This document shows positions 63,656 to 64,000 of a stretch of DNA of 64,000 bases, piece after piece (position 1 is the first letter of the stretch; each line of letters opens with the position of its first letter). The DNA comes from Thecamonas trahens ATCC 50062. Its lineage: Eukaryota > Protista > Apusomonadida. The translations under genes and the position numbers were made by a program. The notes below the pieces were generated by a model. That model searched no databases, was not told where the DNA came from, and saw only the letters and a list, made by a program, of their open reading frames with translations. The DNA is taken from assembly GCF_000142905.1 (NCBI RefSeq), contig NW_013657657.1:372001-436000 (forward strand), given 5' to 3'.

Positions 63656-64000
63656 GGATGGCGACTTGGTCCTCCCTCTCTTAGAGACGGGTGTCTTGAC
63701 CTCTCTCCTTCTCCGCCTCTCCTTCTCTCCGCATCTCCGCTCCGAGTCTCGCTTTGCCGGCGCAGACCCCTGGCGCCGTCCGTCCCTCCCGTCCGTCCCC
63801 CCTTTTGGTTGCCGACCAAGCGGCGGCTCTGCTGGCCAGCCGCATCTTGGCTACGCACTCAGGCAGCCATCGGCAGACTCGTGTGTTCACATCATGTCAA
63901 GGAGATGTCTGACCGTTGCTGCCCCTCAAGATCACCGCCCATCCCCGTCAAGACATGAGCCTCGATGCCACGATCCTTTTACTGCGTCGTCGGACAAACA

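Overview
GC-rich, gene-dense, intron-poor eukaryotic draft genomic DNA with three N-gaps. It comes from a flagellated protist; the style suggests an apusomonad such as Thecamonas, but that is inference only. About 17 protein genes are present: Frizzled-CRD membrane protein (5' truncated), kinase-FN3, WW protein, UXT, AADAT, outer-arm gamma-type axonemal dynein heavy chain, FAR1/WRKY-like Pro-rich protein, NT-C2+DIL protein, bacterial-type PBP4/DacB peptidase with a lysosomal-type tail, Rad60/Esc2-like SUMO-like-domain protein, ~4,000-aa HECT ligase, IQ-DH-PH RhoGEF with a ~490-aa EAAAK-type repeat, YIPF1/2, NYN/LOTUS nuclease, PAM2-CUE-CCCH-Smr nuclease, and two tandem TBL/PC-esterase paralogs. 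There are also three identical tRNA-Glu(CTC) copies with conserved flanks and two minisatellites (84 bp and 38 bp). Seven apparent frameshifts are each repaired by adding one base (probably sequencing undercalls), and one ~616-bp duplication flanks a gap (probably an assembly artefact). Best leads: the membrane-anchored peptidoglycan hydrolase, the tRNA-headed dispersed unit, the natural EAAAK helix, the adjacent pair of mRNA-surveillance nucleases, and TAAA motifs at or just after stop codons.
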